Source: the human T2T-CHM13v2.0 reference genome, Homo sapiens. Taken from it: a DNA stretch of 64,000 bases. This document shows, one piece after another, positions 14,970 to 30,049 of this stretch; the stretch's first letter is position 1; each line of letters opens with the position of its first letter. The notes beneath the pieces are model-generated. The model was not told the origin of the DNA and searched no databases. It saw only the letters and a list, made by a program, of their open reading frames with translations. A program made the translations under genes and the position numbers. The stretch lies in assembly GCF_009914755.1 (NCBI RefSeq), contig NC_060928.1, one strand, 5' to 3'.

Positions 14970-15500
14970 ATGTCAAAGCATTGTTCAAAAACCGCTATTC
15001 CATATCACTTATAAAGTCGAAATTCTTTAGGTTGGTCTTCAAGAGTCTCAATACCTGTGCTGACTCTCCCACAATTTCTTTAAACCAGCTCTGCCTTGGC
15101 AGTGTAGACCTCCCCTTGTCAACTAAAAATCTATCTTCACCTTTGTTCATGCCTTTCTCCCTCCTTTTTTGGAATCTTACTCATCCCTTAATCCTTGGCT
15201 TAAGTCCATCTCCTCTGAAAGGATGTTTGAATCACCCTAATCTTCAGGGATTTCTTTACCTACGTGCCTGTCTTCTACTAAATATATCATTATGGATGGA
15301 CGCTGTGCCTGGTCACTTAGCACTTACCATGTGCTCTCTTAAACAGCCATTCATCTCCGTATGCAAATTTTCCTCCTTTCTTCAACTGGCAGACTTCTTG
15401 AGGATGGGGCTCATGACTTTTCCTTCCTTGTATTTCCACAGCTCCCAACATGTTCCTTGGATATAGCTGGCATGCAGTGAATATTTGTTGATGGATAGAT
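14970..15500 (+). mobile_element. Degenerate L2
   Basis: Pyrimidine-rich L2 body ending ...gtgaatatttgttgatggat. Confidence 0.5.
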
Positions 15501-15924
15501 ATTTATAGCTGTTTTCTTGAAAACTGGAAGTTTATAGTTATCCCATGATTAATGGATGGGTTGGAGCCCTTTAGTAGAAACCAATTTATTTGCATACAAG
15601 CTTATCTATCTAGATAAGAATGCTCTGCCTAAGTATGGAAAAAACTTCAAGAACATTTCAAATCCTCAAAAATGTGTGTGCACTCAGTGATATGAATCCA
15701 CATTTGCCATAAGCAGGATGAATGAAAAATGAAACTAAATGAGATATTTACATTTTTGAGAACTGGAAACAGTGAAATATTCATAAAGTTCATAGTAGTT
15801 AATACTTACTTGACTTTTATTATAAGCTATCTAAATACTTTATATATATTAACTCATTTAATCCTTAAAAAACCTTTAATTTTTAAAAAATTAAAAAAAT
15901 TAGCCCACATTCAACGACCTATCT

Positions 15925-16225
15925 ATTTTTAAAATGTTTTTGAGATAGGGTCTCACTCTGTCACCCAGGTTGGTGTGCAGTGGCACAGTCATGACTCACT
16001 GCAGCCTTGACCTCCTGGGCCCAACCAATCTTCCTACCTCAGCTTCCCAAGTAGCTGGTACCACAGGTGTATGCCACCATACCTGGCTTATTACATTTTC
16101 TTTTTTGTAGAGACTTGGCTTCCCTATGTTGCCCAGGCTGGTCTCCAAATCCTGAGCTCAACTTATCCTCCCACCTCAGCTTCCCAAAGCATAGGGATTA
16201 CAGGTGTGAGCCACTGTGCCCGGCC
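15925..16225 (-). mobile_element. AluJ
   Basis: Antisense Alu with J-type gcagccttgacctcctggg; apparently inserted in a MIR. Confidence 0.92.
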
Positions 16226-17279
16226 GTAGAGACACTATTATTAGTTCCATTTCACACAGGGTGCAACACAACTGCCCTAGCTCCTACTTGTACCTATGAG
16301 TTTCTTTAAGCTGTTTAATTGAAATACAAATAATTTGATGATTTTTGATTTGTAATTTAACCTATATAACTACATCTGCACAAAGGACAAAACCCATACA
16401 TCCAAGTGTTTTGTAAATGAAAGACTATGATTCTGCTTAAGGTGAGATTTAAAACTAATGAACTTGGTTTAAAGAAAAATTAATAAACATCACCCCCCAA
16501 AAGTTCTCTGCAGACATCTTCTAAAGAAACTACATTTGATCTGAGAATTCTGTTACTGCCTTTCTTTTAGAATGTTTTAAAAAGTCAATCTATGCTTTTT
16601 AAAATAAATTGTCTCCCTTATTAATAGTTACACCTGGTTTTAAACCAGAGACAGCTTTATTGTGCATTTCATTCAAATGATCTTGTCTTAAGTATGATTT
16701 TACCCTCAAAGGCTGAAGACTTAGCCGTTAGCAAAAGGTGCTCCAAATAATTTTCTAATAGTCTCTAAAGAGAATTTTCAGACAAGAGTTCCAAAAATGT
16801 TGTCAACATTATGTTATCTAAATTCTGGGAAGAGCAAGCGATTCTTCAAGGTCATACAGCGATTCAGGAACAAAGACAGTATAAGAATCTAGCTAGGGCT
16901 TTTGACTCCTGTCCACTGTGTTTTCTGCTAACCAACACAACCACTAGAGGTCTCAGCGAGATACTTATGGGCTGCCCCCTAAAGGTGGTGGTGAGAGAAG
17001 AAACCCAGCCGTTTCATGGGGAGTACAGATAAGAATGTGACATTGACCTGAAGCCTCTACTGGGAGCAGCAGAGAGTGTCAAAATGTTGAGCATTGAAAG
17101 ATTGACCAGTCTTCGTAGTCTTATTTAGCTGTTGTGTGTGAGAGAAGGAAGTTGTTGGATTTATATTGTGCTCCTCATTGAGAAGTAATAATGATTTCTC
17201 ATGAGCCAGTCTTACGGGTTTGAATGCCCAGAAATTCTAAGTCAGGGTTTCAACCAATTTTGTGGACCCTGAACACTAT

Positions 17280-17520
17280 AATAGCTAGCATTTAAGTGTC
17301 TACTATATGTCAGGAATTGTTTTAAGTACCTTACATACATTACTTCACTTAATCTTCATAACAACCCATTGAAGTAATGACTTTGTATCACTCCTATTTT
17401 ATAGATAGGGAAGCTGAGTTACAGAGAGGTTTCACAACTTGCTTTAATTTGCTCAAGGTTATATGGCTATTAAATAGTTGAATTGGGATTCAAACCCAGG
17501 CAATTTGGCTCCAAAGCCTA
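17280..17520 (-). mobile_element. MIR
   Basis: cctattttatagatagggaagctgag...gggattcaaacccagg. Confidence 0.8.
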
Positions 17521-17724
17521 ATCAATTAAAAATTTATTATTAGTAATAAAAATTTCAAACATACATAAAGATAGGAGAATAGTGCAATGGACCTCCCCAT
17601 TTACCCATCTCCCACACTGACAGCAATCATTAACTCATGGCCAATCTTATTTTATCTATATTTCTACCTACTTCCCTGGTTGCCCAGCCCCTTTCCTGGA
17701 TTATTACACACACACACACACACC

Positions 17725-18089
17725 CCTTTTTTTGGTCATTATTTCAATAGTTTTTGGGCTACAGGTAGTTTTTGGTTACATGAGTAAGTTCTTTAGTGGC
17801 AATTTCTGAGATTTTGGTGCACCCATCACCCGGGCTGTGAACACTGTACCCAATTTGTAGTCTTTTATCACTCACCTCTGCCCCACTCTTGCCCTCAAGT
17901 CTCCAGAATCCATTATATCATTCTTATGCCTTTGCATCTTCATAGCTTAGCTCCCATTTATAAGTGAGAACATACGATATTTGGTTTTCCATTCCTGAGT
18001 TACTTCACTTAGAATAATAGTCTCCAACTCCATCCAGGTTGCTGTGAATGCCATTATTTCATTCATTTTTTATGGCTGAGTAGTATTCC

Positions 18090-18136
<47 letters not shown>

Positions 18137-20236
18137 CACATTCTATTTATCCACTGGGTGGTTGATGGGCATTTAGACTAGTTCCATATTTTTGCATTTG
18201 CAAATTGTGCTGCTATAAACATGAGTGTGCGAGTGTCTTTTTCATGTAATGACTTCTTTTCTTCTAGGCAGATACCCAGTAGTGGGATTGAGGGATCAAA
18301 TGGTAGTTCTACTTTTAGGTCTTTAAGGAATCTCCGTCCTGTTTTCCATAGTGGTTATACTAGTTTACATTCCCACCAGCAGTGTAAAAGTGTTCCTATT
18401 TCATCACATTCGCACCAACATCTATTATTTTTTGATTTTTAAATTATGACCATTCTTGCAGGAGTAGGATGGTATCTCATTGTGGTTTTAATTTGGATTT
18501 CCCTGATAATTGGTGATGTTAAACATTTTTTTCCTATGTTTGTTGGCCATTTATATATCTTGTTTTGAGAATTGTCTAGTCTTAACCTTTGCCCACTTTT
18601 TGATGGGATTATTTGTTTTTTTTCTTGCTGCAGATTCTGGATATTAGTCCTTTGTCAGCTTCATAGTTTACAAATATTTTCTCCCATTCTGTAGGTTGTG
18701 TGTTTACTCTGCTCATTATTTATCTTGCTATGTAGAAGCTTTTCAGTTTAATTAGGTCCCAATTATTTATTTTTGTTTTTGTTGCATTTGGCTTTTGGGT
18801 TCTGGGTCATGAACTCTTTGCCTAAGCTAGTGTGTAGAATAGCTTTTCCAATGTTGTCTTCTAGAATTTTTACAGTTTCAGGTCTTAGATTCAAGTCTTT
18901 GGTCCATCTTGAGTTGATTTTTGTATAAGGCAAGAGGTGAAGATTCAGTTTCCTTCTTTTGCTTGTGGCTTGCCAATTATGTCAGCACCATTTGTTCAAT
19001 AGGGTGTCCTTTCCCCACTTTATGTTTTTGTTTGCTTTGTCAAAGATCAGTTGACTGTAAGTATTTGGCTTTATTTCTGGGTTCTCTATTCTGTTCCATT
19101 GGTCTATGTGTCTATTTTTATACCAGTACCATGCTGTTTTGGTAACTATAGCCTTGTAGTATAGTTTGAAGTTGGGTAAAGTGATGCCTCCAGATTTGTT
19201 CTTTTTGTTAGTATTGCTTTGGCTATGTGGGCTTTTTTTTGTTGTTGTTCTATATGAATTTTAGGATTGTTTTTTCTAGTTCTGTGAATGAAGACGATGG
19301 TATTTTGATAGGAATTGCACTGAATCTGTAAATTGCTTTTGTCAGTATGGCCATTTTCACAATATTGTTTCTACTCATCCATGAGCATGGGATGTGTTTC
19401 CATTTATTTGTGTCGTCGATAATTTCTTTCACCAGCGTTTTGAAGACTTCCTTGTCAAGATCTTTTACCTCCTTGGTTAGGTATATTCCTAAGTATTTTA
19501 TTTTATTTTATTTTGCAGCTGTTGTAAAATGAATTGAGTTCTTGATTTGTTTCTCAGCTTGCTTGTTGTTGGTGTATAGCAGTGCTGCTTATTTGTGTAC
19601 ATTGATTTTGTATCCTGAAACTTTACTAAATTCATTAATCAGATCTAGGACCTTTTTGCGTGAGTCTTTAGGGTATTCTAGGTATGCAATCATATCATTG
19701 GCGAACACTGACAGTTTGACTTCCTCTTTAGTGGTTTGGGTGCCCTTTATTTCTTTCTATTGTCTGATTGATCTGGGTAGGACTTCCAGTACTATATTGA
19801 ATAGAAGTGGTGAAAGTGGGCATTGTTGTCTTGTTCCAGTTCTCAGGGGGAATGCTTTCAACTTTTCCCCATTCAGTATAATGTTGGCTGTGTGTTTGTC
19901 ATAGATGAGTTTTATTTCCTTGAGGTATCTCCCTTCTATGCCAATTTTGCTGAGGGTTTTAATCATAATGGGGTGCTCGATTTTGTCAAATACTTTTTCT
20001 GCATCTATTGACATTATCATATTATTTTTGTTTTAAATTTTGTTTATGTGATGTATCACATTTATTGACTTGCATGTGTTAAACCATCCCTGCATTCGTG
20101 GTATGAAACCCACTTGATCATGGTGTGTTATCTTTTTGATATGCTGTTGGATTCAGTTAGCAGGTATTTTGTTGAGGATTTTTATATTTATGTTTATCAG
20201 GGATATTAGTCTGTAGTTTCCTTTTTTGTTATGTCA
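17725..20236 (-). mobile_element. L1PB-type 5'-truncated LINE-1 (3' UTR plus ORF2 end, decayed)
   Basis: ttttggttacatgagtaagttctttagtgg 3' end. Minus-strand ORFs give L1 ORF2 peptides ([17 protein letters not shown]; [11 protein letters not shown]...[20 protein letters not shown]). Confidence 0.95.
18092..18135. repeat. (TATC)11 microsatellite
   Basis: Perfect tetranucleotide run within the L1. Confidence 0.97.
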
Positions 20237-20528
20237 TTACCTCACAACACACAGATATTCTGTCATATTATTTATAAATATTTCTGTAAATATTGCTAAA
20301 AAGACTTAAAAAGAATCACACTCTTCTTCATAGAATGCACATAATATCTGTATTTCTCCATTTTGTGACATTAGTAGCTTTGATGATTATTATCTAGATT
20401 GGTGGTATTCCATTTTATCATTTCTTCTCCATTTATTTGCTGGAATACTTTCTATCATATTAGCTGTTTGATTATTCTGAGGGACAGTTTGCATAGGGAA
20501 GGCCAGATGGATGCTAGATCTATATTGA

Positions 20529-20842
<314 letters not shown>

Positions 20843-21619
20843 ACCAACTCCCTTTTTTAAAACTAGTTTCAGTGAGTTGGTTTCTTAACATTGGCCAAGT
20901 CAGTCACTTAGTTTTTAAATGTCGTAATGAAGTTATGAATGTTTAAACCTATTTGAATTTATTTGATGCATCTTTTAAAAAATCCATGCTCAAATTGTCT
21001 CCAAGAAGCCAGTGGGAGCCTTTTCAAGTTAGGCTTATAAATCTTTCAGTCATCTTCAATAGCTCTCTAATTTTCTGGTATGACAGGATGTTCTAGGCTT
21101 ATCTTGTACATTTCTGGCCCTAAACCAGAAATTAGCTATTTTTCCAAGGAGCTTGAGTTTCCTTATGGGAAATGGTATTTTTTAGAAACCACAACCTAGA
21201 TATGACGACTGCTCATTGATACTGAATTGGTTTATGTTTTAGCCTGCCTCCATTCTTTTCTCACTTCCTCCGTTCCTTCCTCTCTTCCTTCTTTTTCTTT
21301 CATTTTAAAGAGAAAATAAATGATTAGTTCTTACTGAGAATTACTTACTTGTTTTATCTTTCTGTATAAATTTGTGTCTAATTAATAATAGGTTTAGAAT
21401 AATATAAAATATTATTAAAATACAATTGTAAAACAACCGTTTGAATTTATTTTGCAGTTCTTTTCATCTTTAGAGTATATACCAATAGGGATGTAGAAAT
21501 CATTGTCTTTTAAAGTCACTTGAAAAAAATAGTTAAATTTATTTGCTTCATTTTGCTTTAGCATTGTAGTGTAGTTATTTTAGATTTATTTAATTTTGTT
21601 TTTAAAAATTTAATTATTT

Positions 21620-22760
<1,141 letters not shown>

Positions 22761-23473
22761 TTACTTTTGTTTTAAAGTTATATAAAACAAAGTATATTCA
22801 GAGAAGTTGGCCTCCAATCTCTGTCTCCCCTCTCCCATAGGTAATTTTTAAAAACTTCATGGTTTATCTTTCAATTTTATTTTACAGGAGCAAATATGTA
22901 TAGATACTTGCATCTCGTTCACATCTACTTTCTTAGATAAATGTAAGTTTACTATACACATTTTCCTCCACCTTATCTTTTTTAACTATACAATTTATCT
23001 CAGCATTCACTGCTTAGCAGCAGGTGCAGCTATCTCTCATCCCTTTTAAGTTGCGTAGTTTATTCAACCAGTCCCCAAGTGATGGACATTTGAGCTGTTT
23101 CAAGTCTCACTTAAAGATTTCTGTATCTACTGACCAAAGCCTAAAGACATTTACATTGGATAAAAGTCTAATTCCAGCAAAGGGGCAAAATTAGATAAAA
23201 TGACTTCTACAGTTTGGGTTGTATTCTCTTATTCATCATAGCATGTATAAAATAAGAGAATCTTCTTTGTTCAATAATACCAGGCTTAGGGAAACAACAG
23301 TAGGAGAATCAAGGCTATGTGGATTTTTAACTAGCCAGGTGGTTCTTAGTCCTGAATACTCAGATTGGTGTGTTTCCCTGACCTTAACTTTTCATGTGTA
23401 GATGGTAATGTGCTAGGAGTAGCTAAATTTTCAAAAGCTCATATGCTTAAATGACACAAATATTACCAATGGA

Positions 23474-25159
23474 CAGCTGGCCTTTCATATCTTCTGGTTC
23501 TGCATCCACAAATTCAACCAAATGCAGATTAATGTATTTCCAAAAAAAGAGCCAATAAAAAATACAAAACATAATACAAATTTTAAAAAACATGCTTAAC
23601 AACAATTTACATAGCATTTACATTGTATTAAGTATTATTAGTAACCTAGAGATGATTTAAATTATATGGAACAATGGAACAGAACCTAGAAGAAAAGCCA
23701 TACCCCTACAGCCATCTGTTCTTCACAAAGTTGACAAATATAAGCAGTGGGGAAAGTACTCCCTGTTCAATAAATGGTGCTGGGATAGCTGGCTAGCCAT
23801 ATGCAGAAGAATGAAACTGGACCCCAATTTTCATCATATACAAAAGTTAACTCAAGATGGATTAAATATTTAAATGTAAGCCCTCAAACTATAAGAATCC
23901 TAGAAGAAAACCTAGGAAACACCATTCTGGACACTGGCCTTGGGAAAGAATTTATGACTAAGTCCTCAAATGCAATCGCAACAAAACCAAGAGTTGACAA
24001 GTGGGACCTAATTAGACTAAAAAGCTTCTGCACAGCAAAATAAACTATCAATAGAATAAATAGACAACCTACAGAATGGGAGAAAATATTTGCAAACAAT
24101 GCATCTGACAAAAGTCTGCTATCCAGAATCTGTAAGGAACTTAAATAACGGGACAAGCGAAAACCAAAGAATCCCATGAAAAAGTATGCAAAAGACATGA
24201 ACAGAGGACACACAAATGGCCAACAAACATGAAAAAATATTCCACATCATGAATTATCAGAGAAATGCAAATCAAAACCACAATGAGATACCATCTCATA
24301 TGTCAGAACAGAAATTATTAAAAAGTCAAAAAATAACAGATGCTGGCGAGCCTGTGGAGAAAAGGGAGCATTTATACCCTGTTGAGTGGGAATGTAAATT
24401 AGTTCAGCCACTGTGAAAAGAAGTTTGGAGATTTCTCAGGGAACTTACAATAGAACTACCATTTGACCCAGCAATCCCATTACTGGGTATATATATTTAA
24501 AAAAATTGTTTTACCAAAAAGACACATGCTCTCATATGTTCATTGCAGCACCATTCACAATAGCAAAAACATGGAATCAACCTAGGTGCCCATCAGCAGT
24601 GGACTGGATAAAGAAAATACCGTACATATACACTGTGGAATACTATGCAACCATAAAAAAGAACAAAATCATGTTCTTTGCAGCACCATGCAGCTGGAGC
24701 CCATGACCTTGAGCAATTGAATGCAGGGAGAGAAAACCAAATACCACATATTCTTATTTATAAGTAGAAGGCTAAATATTGGGTAAACATGAACATAAAG
24801 ATGGCAATAATATATATTGGGGACTCCTAGAGGGAGGAGGCAGGGAGAGGGGCAAGGGTTGAAAAACCATTGACTACTATGTTCACCACCCGGGTGATGG
24901 CATCATTTGTACCCCAAACCTCAGCATTACTATTTGGGATCATTTGTACCCCAAACCTCACCAATATACCCATATAACAAACCTGCACAGGTATCCCCGA
25001 ATCTAAAATAAAAGTTGCAATTATAAAAAAAAAAGTACATGTGAGGATGTGCATAGGTAATGTGAAAATACTGCCTCATTTTACATAAGGGACTTGGGCA
25101 GATTTTGGTATCTGTTGGGGTCCTGGAACCAATTCCCCACAGATATGTAGGGAGGACTG
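23474..25159 (-). mobile_element. MER2 (TcMar-Tigger MITE) split by an L1
   Basis: Left part 23474-23667 (cagctggcc...gatgatttaaa) and right part ~25031-25159 (...ggaaccaattcccc...ggactg). Confidence 0.8.
23668..25034 (+). mobile_element. Old L1PA (about L1PA15/16) 5'-truncated
   Basis: ORF2 C-terminal peptides ([14 protein letters not shown]...[15 protein letters not shown]), 3' UTR and A tail; small internal duplication at 24902-24960. Confidence 0.93.
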
Positions 25160-26310
25160 TACTATTCTTGGCCCCTCTGTTTATTTATCTATTATCTTTT
25201 AAATATTTATCTTTTTAAATGTTTATTATCTTTTTAATAAAAATGTCTTTATTATCTTTTAAAGAATGAATCTACCTTTGTGCATTCAAATATCACTTAT
25301 ATGCAGATGACTTCAAAATAATCATCTTCAGCTCAGGGATATCTCCAGGCACCTCCAGCCCAAGTCATCTAAAATGAAATGCATCATCTTGTATATTTTG
25401 CATACAATGTGAAAACATCTGCCCTATTGTCTATTCCTATTTTCAATAATGGAACCATTCTCCCAGGTTTAAAGCCACTGGTGCTATATCCTTATTTATT
25501 TATTTAGCCTTTGTGCTATCTAATTTGACCAAGTCTCCTAGGTTAGATATTGATTTACCTGGGCCACATGAAAACTTGGTCATGACAATCATACCCCAAA
25601 GACACCTTTTGGAAAAAAGTCTGTAATAGCAGCAATTTGTCTTTGCCGTTTTCCCATGGATCACTGTGTCAGATGAAGATATTAAAGGCATAGGGTCAAA
25701 TGTGACTATTTGGAAGAAATACTGAATATGTGGAATAAAGGAATAAGAAAAATGATTTCAAAAGCTGGTATTAATGAGGTCCACTTAAACAAACGAAACT
25801 GATTAAATATCCCATGTGCTTTTATGAGAGAGAGTGCCCAGATGTGAGAGGGCTTGAAGCCACACCCAGCAGAAACACTGAAGGGCCAGGTGTGACGGCC
25901 AGCAGGAATGAGTTCTGCTACGAGAAATCAACCTCCAGTCCTCAAAAGGCTGTCATTAGAAGTACTAGAACCGTCAATCTTGGGAGGTTGTAGGAAGCAG
26001 AACCAGCACTAGTAGGTGATAGAGATGTGTCATCCAGGTTCGGCAGGGAAGCAGTGCCACTTTGAGTGTGGGCTGACATATTTATTATAGGAATTAAACC
26101 TTACTCAATTGTGGGAGGATCGGGGAAAGGAAGGCCCAGAAAGGGGAGTTGGAGGATCAGAGTGGAAGTCATTCATTTCAGACATGACTGAAGCATTGGC
26201 CTGGGTGGGCAAGCTGGAGCTTGCAGGAAAATCTGAGAAGATGAACCCTTCCAGCTGCTGACATGGGACTGTGAAGAGAGAATCGGTGCAGTGTCTTTGG
26301 GAAGCTGTTG

Positions 26311-26366
26311 CCTCAGGGGAGCTACTGAGAATTTGTAACCTCAGGGGAGCTACTGAGAATCTGTAC
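26311..26366. repeat. 28-bp tandem duplication
   Basis: cctcaggggagctactgagaat(t/c)tgta(a/c) x2. Confidence 0.92.
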
Positions 26367-26536
26367 CCAAGTGACTGGTAGTGGACAGCTGCTAGTCAGC
26401 AGGGCTAATAATTGGAAAGCACTAAATATGGGTCTGAGGAGAGAGAGGACCACGTGGATCCTGCCACACTCCTCTGCGTCTTTCTGTCAGTATGTCTGAG
26501 AATGAAGTCTTCATTTCTGTCTCAAATCTTGCCTGA

Positions 26537-26847
<311 letters not shown>

Positions 26848-29509
26848 TGGCTACTCTTGACACAATCCTAGAGGGAAAGGAATTATGAGAGATGTCCTTA
26901 CCAGACTAACCAACTTGACTACAGCATACCCAGCACAAAACAGAGGGAGAATTTTACACAATGAAAGAGAAAGAAAAAGATGGTTTTGAATCTGTCCAAG
27001 TGTGAGGTACCTCTAGAGATAATGAGGGAGTGACCACATGGCAGGGCAGGTGTAAATGGACTCAAGCACTGGGAATTTACTTTGCCCAAAGTTAAAAAAG
27101 AACTTCTACATGCTGCTACCATCAAATGTATCCATTTACCTACATCTGTGGCTGTGCACTCAACTTTCTGTTTCTCTGTCCCCCTCTATTTCCTGTGAAC
27201 TGGTAGCTAGATTTAGAGACTTGATCCCCTTCAGGATAGATTATTTATTTTAGCAAGAAAAATCCAAAAGTGGTGCTTAGTGTCTGTGGTCTTTCTGTTT
27301 GTGACGTTAATGGCTACTTAATGCTCATTTCTTCATCTGGGGAAAGCCAGATCTCTTACCCTCTTTGCCATTGCCTTTTCTTTGAAGAATAAGTAAAACT
27401 TCATAATGCTGGCCAGAATGGGTGTCGCCTAGAGAAAAAGGCTTGTGCACACATGTTCTTATGCGCATGTATGTATCCACATATGTGCATTTCCACTACA
27501 TGTTCTTGTGAAGATGAACTTTATTTTTGTGCTATTGCAAGAGACAGCCTGGGTTAGCTTCTTAATCAGCACCATTGGACGCCAGCTCAGAGAGACCATG
27601 TAAGAGGAAGAGCAGGACCTGCTGTGAGCAGTGTATTGTAAACATTTTTATGCCCAAGAGTAAGCATATTATCCTGCATACTTTATTTTTATACTGTGTC
27701 TTTGTACTGTGCCTCCTGGGGGATCAAACCAAATCCCTTCATTTACACTTCCCAGCTAGGTGAGGATGCACCGATTGGAGAACAGGGAGGCCCTGTGAAT
27801 TAAGGGATCAGGCATTTGCTTTCATTGGCCCTCGTGCCAGCCCAGCCTGGGGACCTAGGTGAAGCGTCTTTGATGCTTTCACTTTATGGAAGTCCATAAA
27901 TACAATTTGGTGGAGATCATACAGGACCAAACTAGTTTGGAAGCTAAATCACCTGTAATGTCTTGATGGAGATTTTCTTCAGCAGAGATGGAACTGACTC
28001 CTTTGCTGAGGTAGAAGAGTCAGGTATTATACGGTCTTAAATTGTTTATACTTGGAACACATTTTTATTGCCTTCACAAGTTAAAAGGTCCTGTTTCCCC
28101 CCCTGTTTGTTTCTTATGGATTTGGAGTTATCCACTGAAAGAAGGCTGCATTTTTCTGCTTTATAGTTTCTCCGACACAAAACTTCCCAAGGCAATTACA
28201 GGATTGACATGGGACGTATAGACATAGGGTTGGGAAGGAACCTGTAGACATCTTTCAGGAAAACATCGAAACCCCTAAAGAGAGAAAGAGTCCTGCTTAA
28301 AGACATCTGAATATACCAGAAAACCTTGGAATTGTTTGTTTATTAGCTTGATACATATGAAATTGCTATTTTCATATGTTAAAAAATGGTTAACTATTGG
28401 CTATTAGCCATATGAAATGTGGAGGTTGAATCATATGAAATAGCCCATAGTTAACCATTTGAAGATATGTTATAATTTAAAATACATTTAGCAGCTGTCC
28501 TTGTCATTAATGGATCCAAGCTTCCTTGAGTGTGAAATTAAGAGTGAATACAGTTAAGTAACATTGTTATAAGGGGATGAGAAAATGCACTCTATTGGAC
28601 AAGAAAATTAGAGTATCCTGATTTAGATCACAATCCAAAGTCTCCTAGCATTTACTCCCTCACTGAGAGTGTTTTAAGTCATACACACTCCTCAGGTTTC
28701 TTAGGATGTTTGTTAGAAGGTGATTTTTGTCCCTTTGTGCATGAATGTGGCCCTGCAAACAGAAAGAGCATTAGATTCCACAGGGTACCTTGACAATGCC
28801 AAGGGAAGCAAGGAAGTTGAGGCTGGCCTTCTGTCTGGTGGTGGTGCTTAGACTTCTGTGCTTTGCAGCAGCAAAGCTGCAGTTTTGAGTCTGTGCTGTG
28901 CTTTGGTGAAGGTCATCATTGGGCAGATACGGATATTTGGTTTTATTATTTCCTCCAGAGATAATGGGACAGGGGCATATGAATCTTAAATATTTTTTAA
29001 GAGACTAAATGTTACTTTAAGAAAAGCCAATGTATGAATTTACTATGCAAAATCTACCTCTTTATGAATGCAATGTTTGGGTTAGCTGGCTAGGGCATTT
29101 CTATTTGAGGAACTGACTTAGAATAGAACTATAGTAAATATGATTTGAGTAAGTTTCAATAGATGGTCTTAAAAGTATATTTTCTTTTATTTGTGCTATT
29201 CTCTGGAATCATTTTTCTCCACTAAAAAGAAATACTTTCCAAACAGGCAATCTGTTTTAATTAGCCCCAAGGGAGGTATAAGAGGGTTCCTTTCATTGAC
29301 AGTGTCAGCAAAACACGACTACATTTCTTTTCTCTTTTTTCTCTCTCTCTTATATTTAAGGTTCATCCTCTCTCTTCTATACTTAAGGTTCATCTGCTTA
29401 CATCATTATAGCACCAAATGATTTCATTTCAACGTGCTTTATATGTTACGCTTCTCTAAAAATGCAGATGTAGCAAGCAGTAAATTCCCTGAAGGCAAGA
29501 GCGGTGTCT

Positions 29510-29760
29510 CAGGCAGTCACAGTGTACTGGAAGAGGTATGGGCTTTGGGGTAGAGAGTCCTGGGTTCAAATTGTGGCTTAATTTGACCATAATCTGTGTG
29601 CATGTGTGTGATCTGGGAGAATTGCTTAATTACTCTGACCCTGTTTCTTAATCTGTAAACAGATGAATAACTAACTCAAGGTTTCCTGGGGATTGAGTAA
29701 TTACGGTAGAAGTGAAAGCATTTTTGGCTGAATACCTGGTACCAGGTGCTCAACACAGGT
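29510..29760 (+). mobile_element. MIR
   Basis: ctgggttcaaat...ctgtttcttaatctgtaaa...gtgctcaaca. Confidence 0.65.
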
Positions 29761-30049
29761 TGACTTCTTTGCCTTGTCTTGTCTGATCTTCTTTGTAAGG
29801 CACTATACACAGTAAGCACTGGGTAGATTGTCTCATTTTAGGTGGCCTGTTTCTTGATAATATAGACAAAACTCTTCTAATTAGTGAAAGCATTTTTGGC
29901 TGAATACCTGGTACCAAGTGCTCAACACAGGTCGACTTCTTTGCCTTGTCTTGTCTGATCTTCTTTGTAAGGCACTATACACAGTAAGCACTGGGTAGAT
30001 TGTCTCGTTTTAGGTGGCCTTTTTCTTGATAATATAGACAAAACTCTTC
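29711..30049. repeat. 167-bp direct duplication with 5-bp spacer
   Basis: Copies 29711-29877 and 29883-30049, 4 mismatches, spacer TAATT. Confidence 0.97.

Noticed and set aside
19250-20020. Reverse-transcriptase-like peptides
   Set aside because: Fragmented ORF2 of a decayed L1PB, not a functional gene or novel RT system
25170-25265. Repeated ttattatctttttaa units
   Set aside because: Degenerate AT-rich low-complexity slippage
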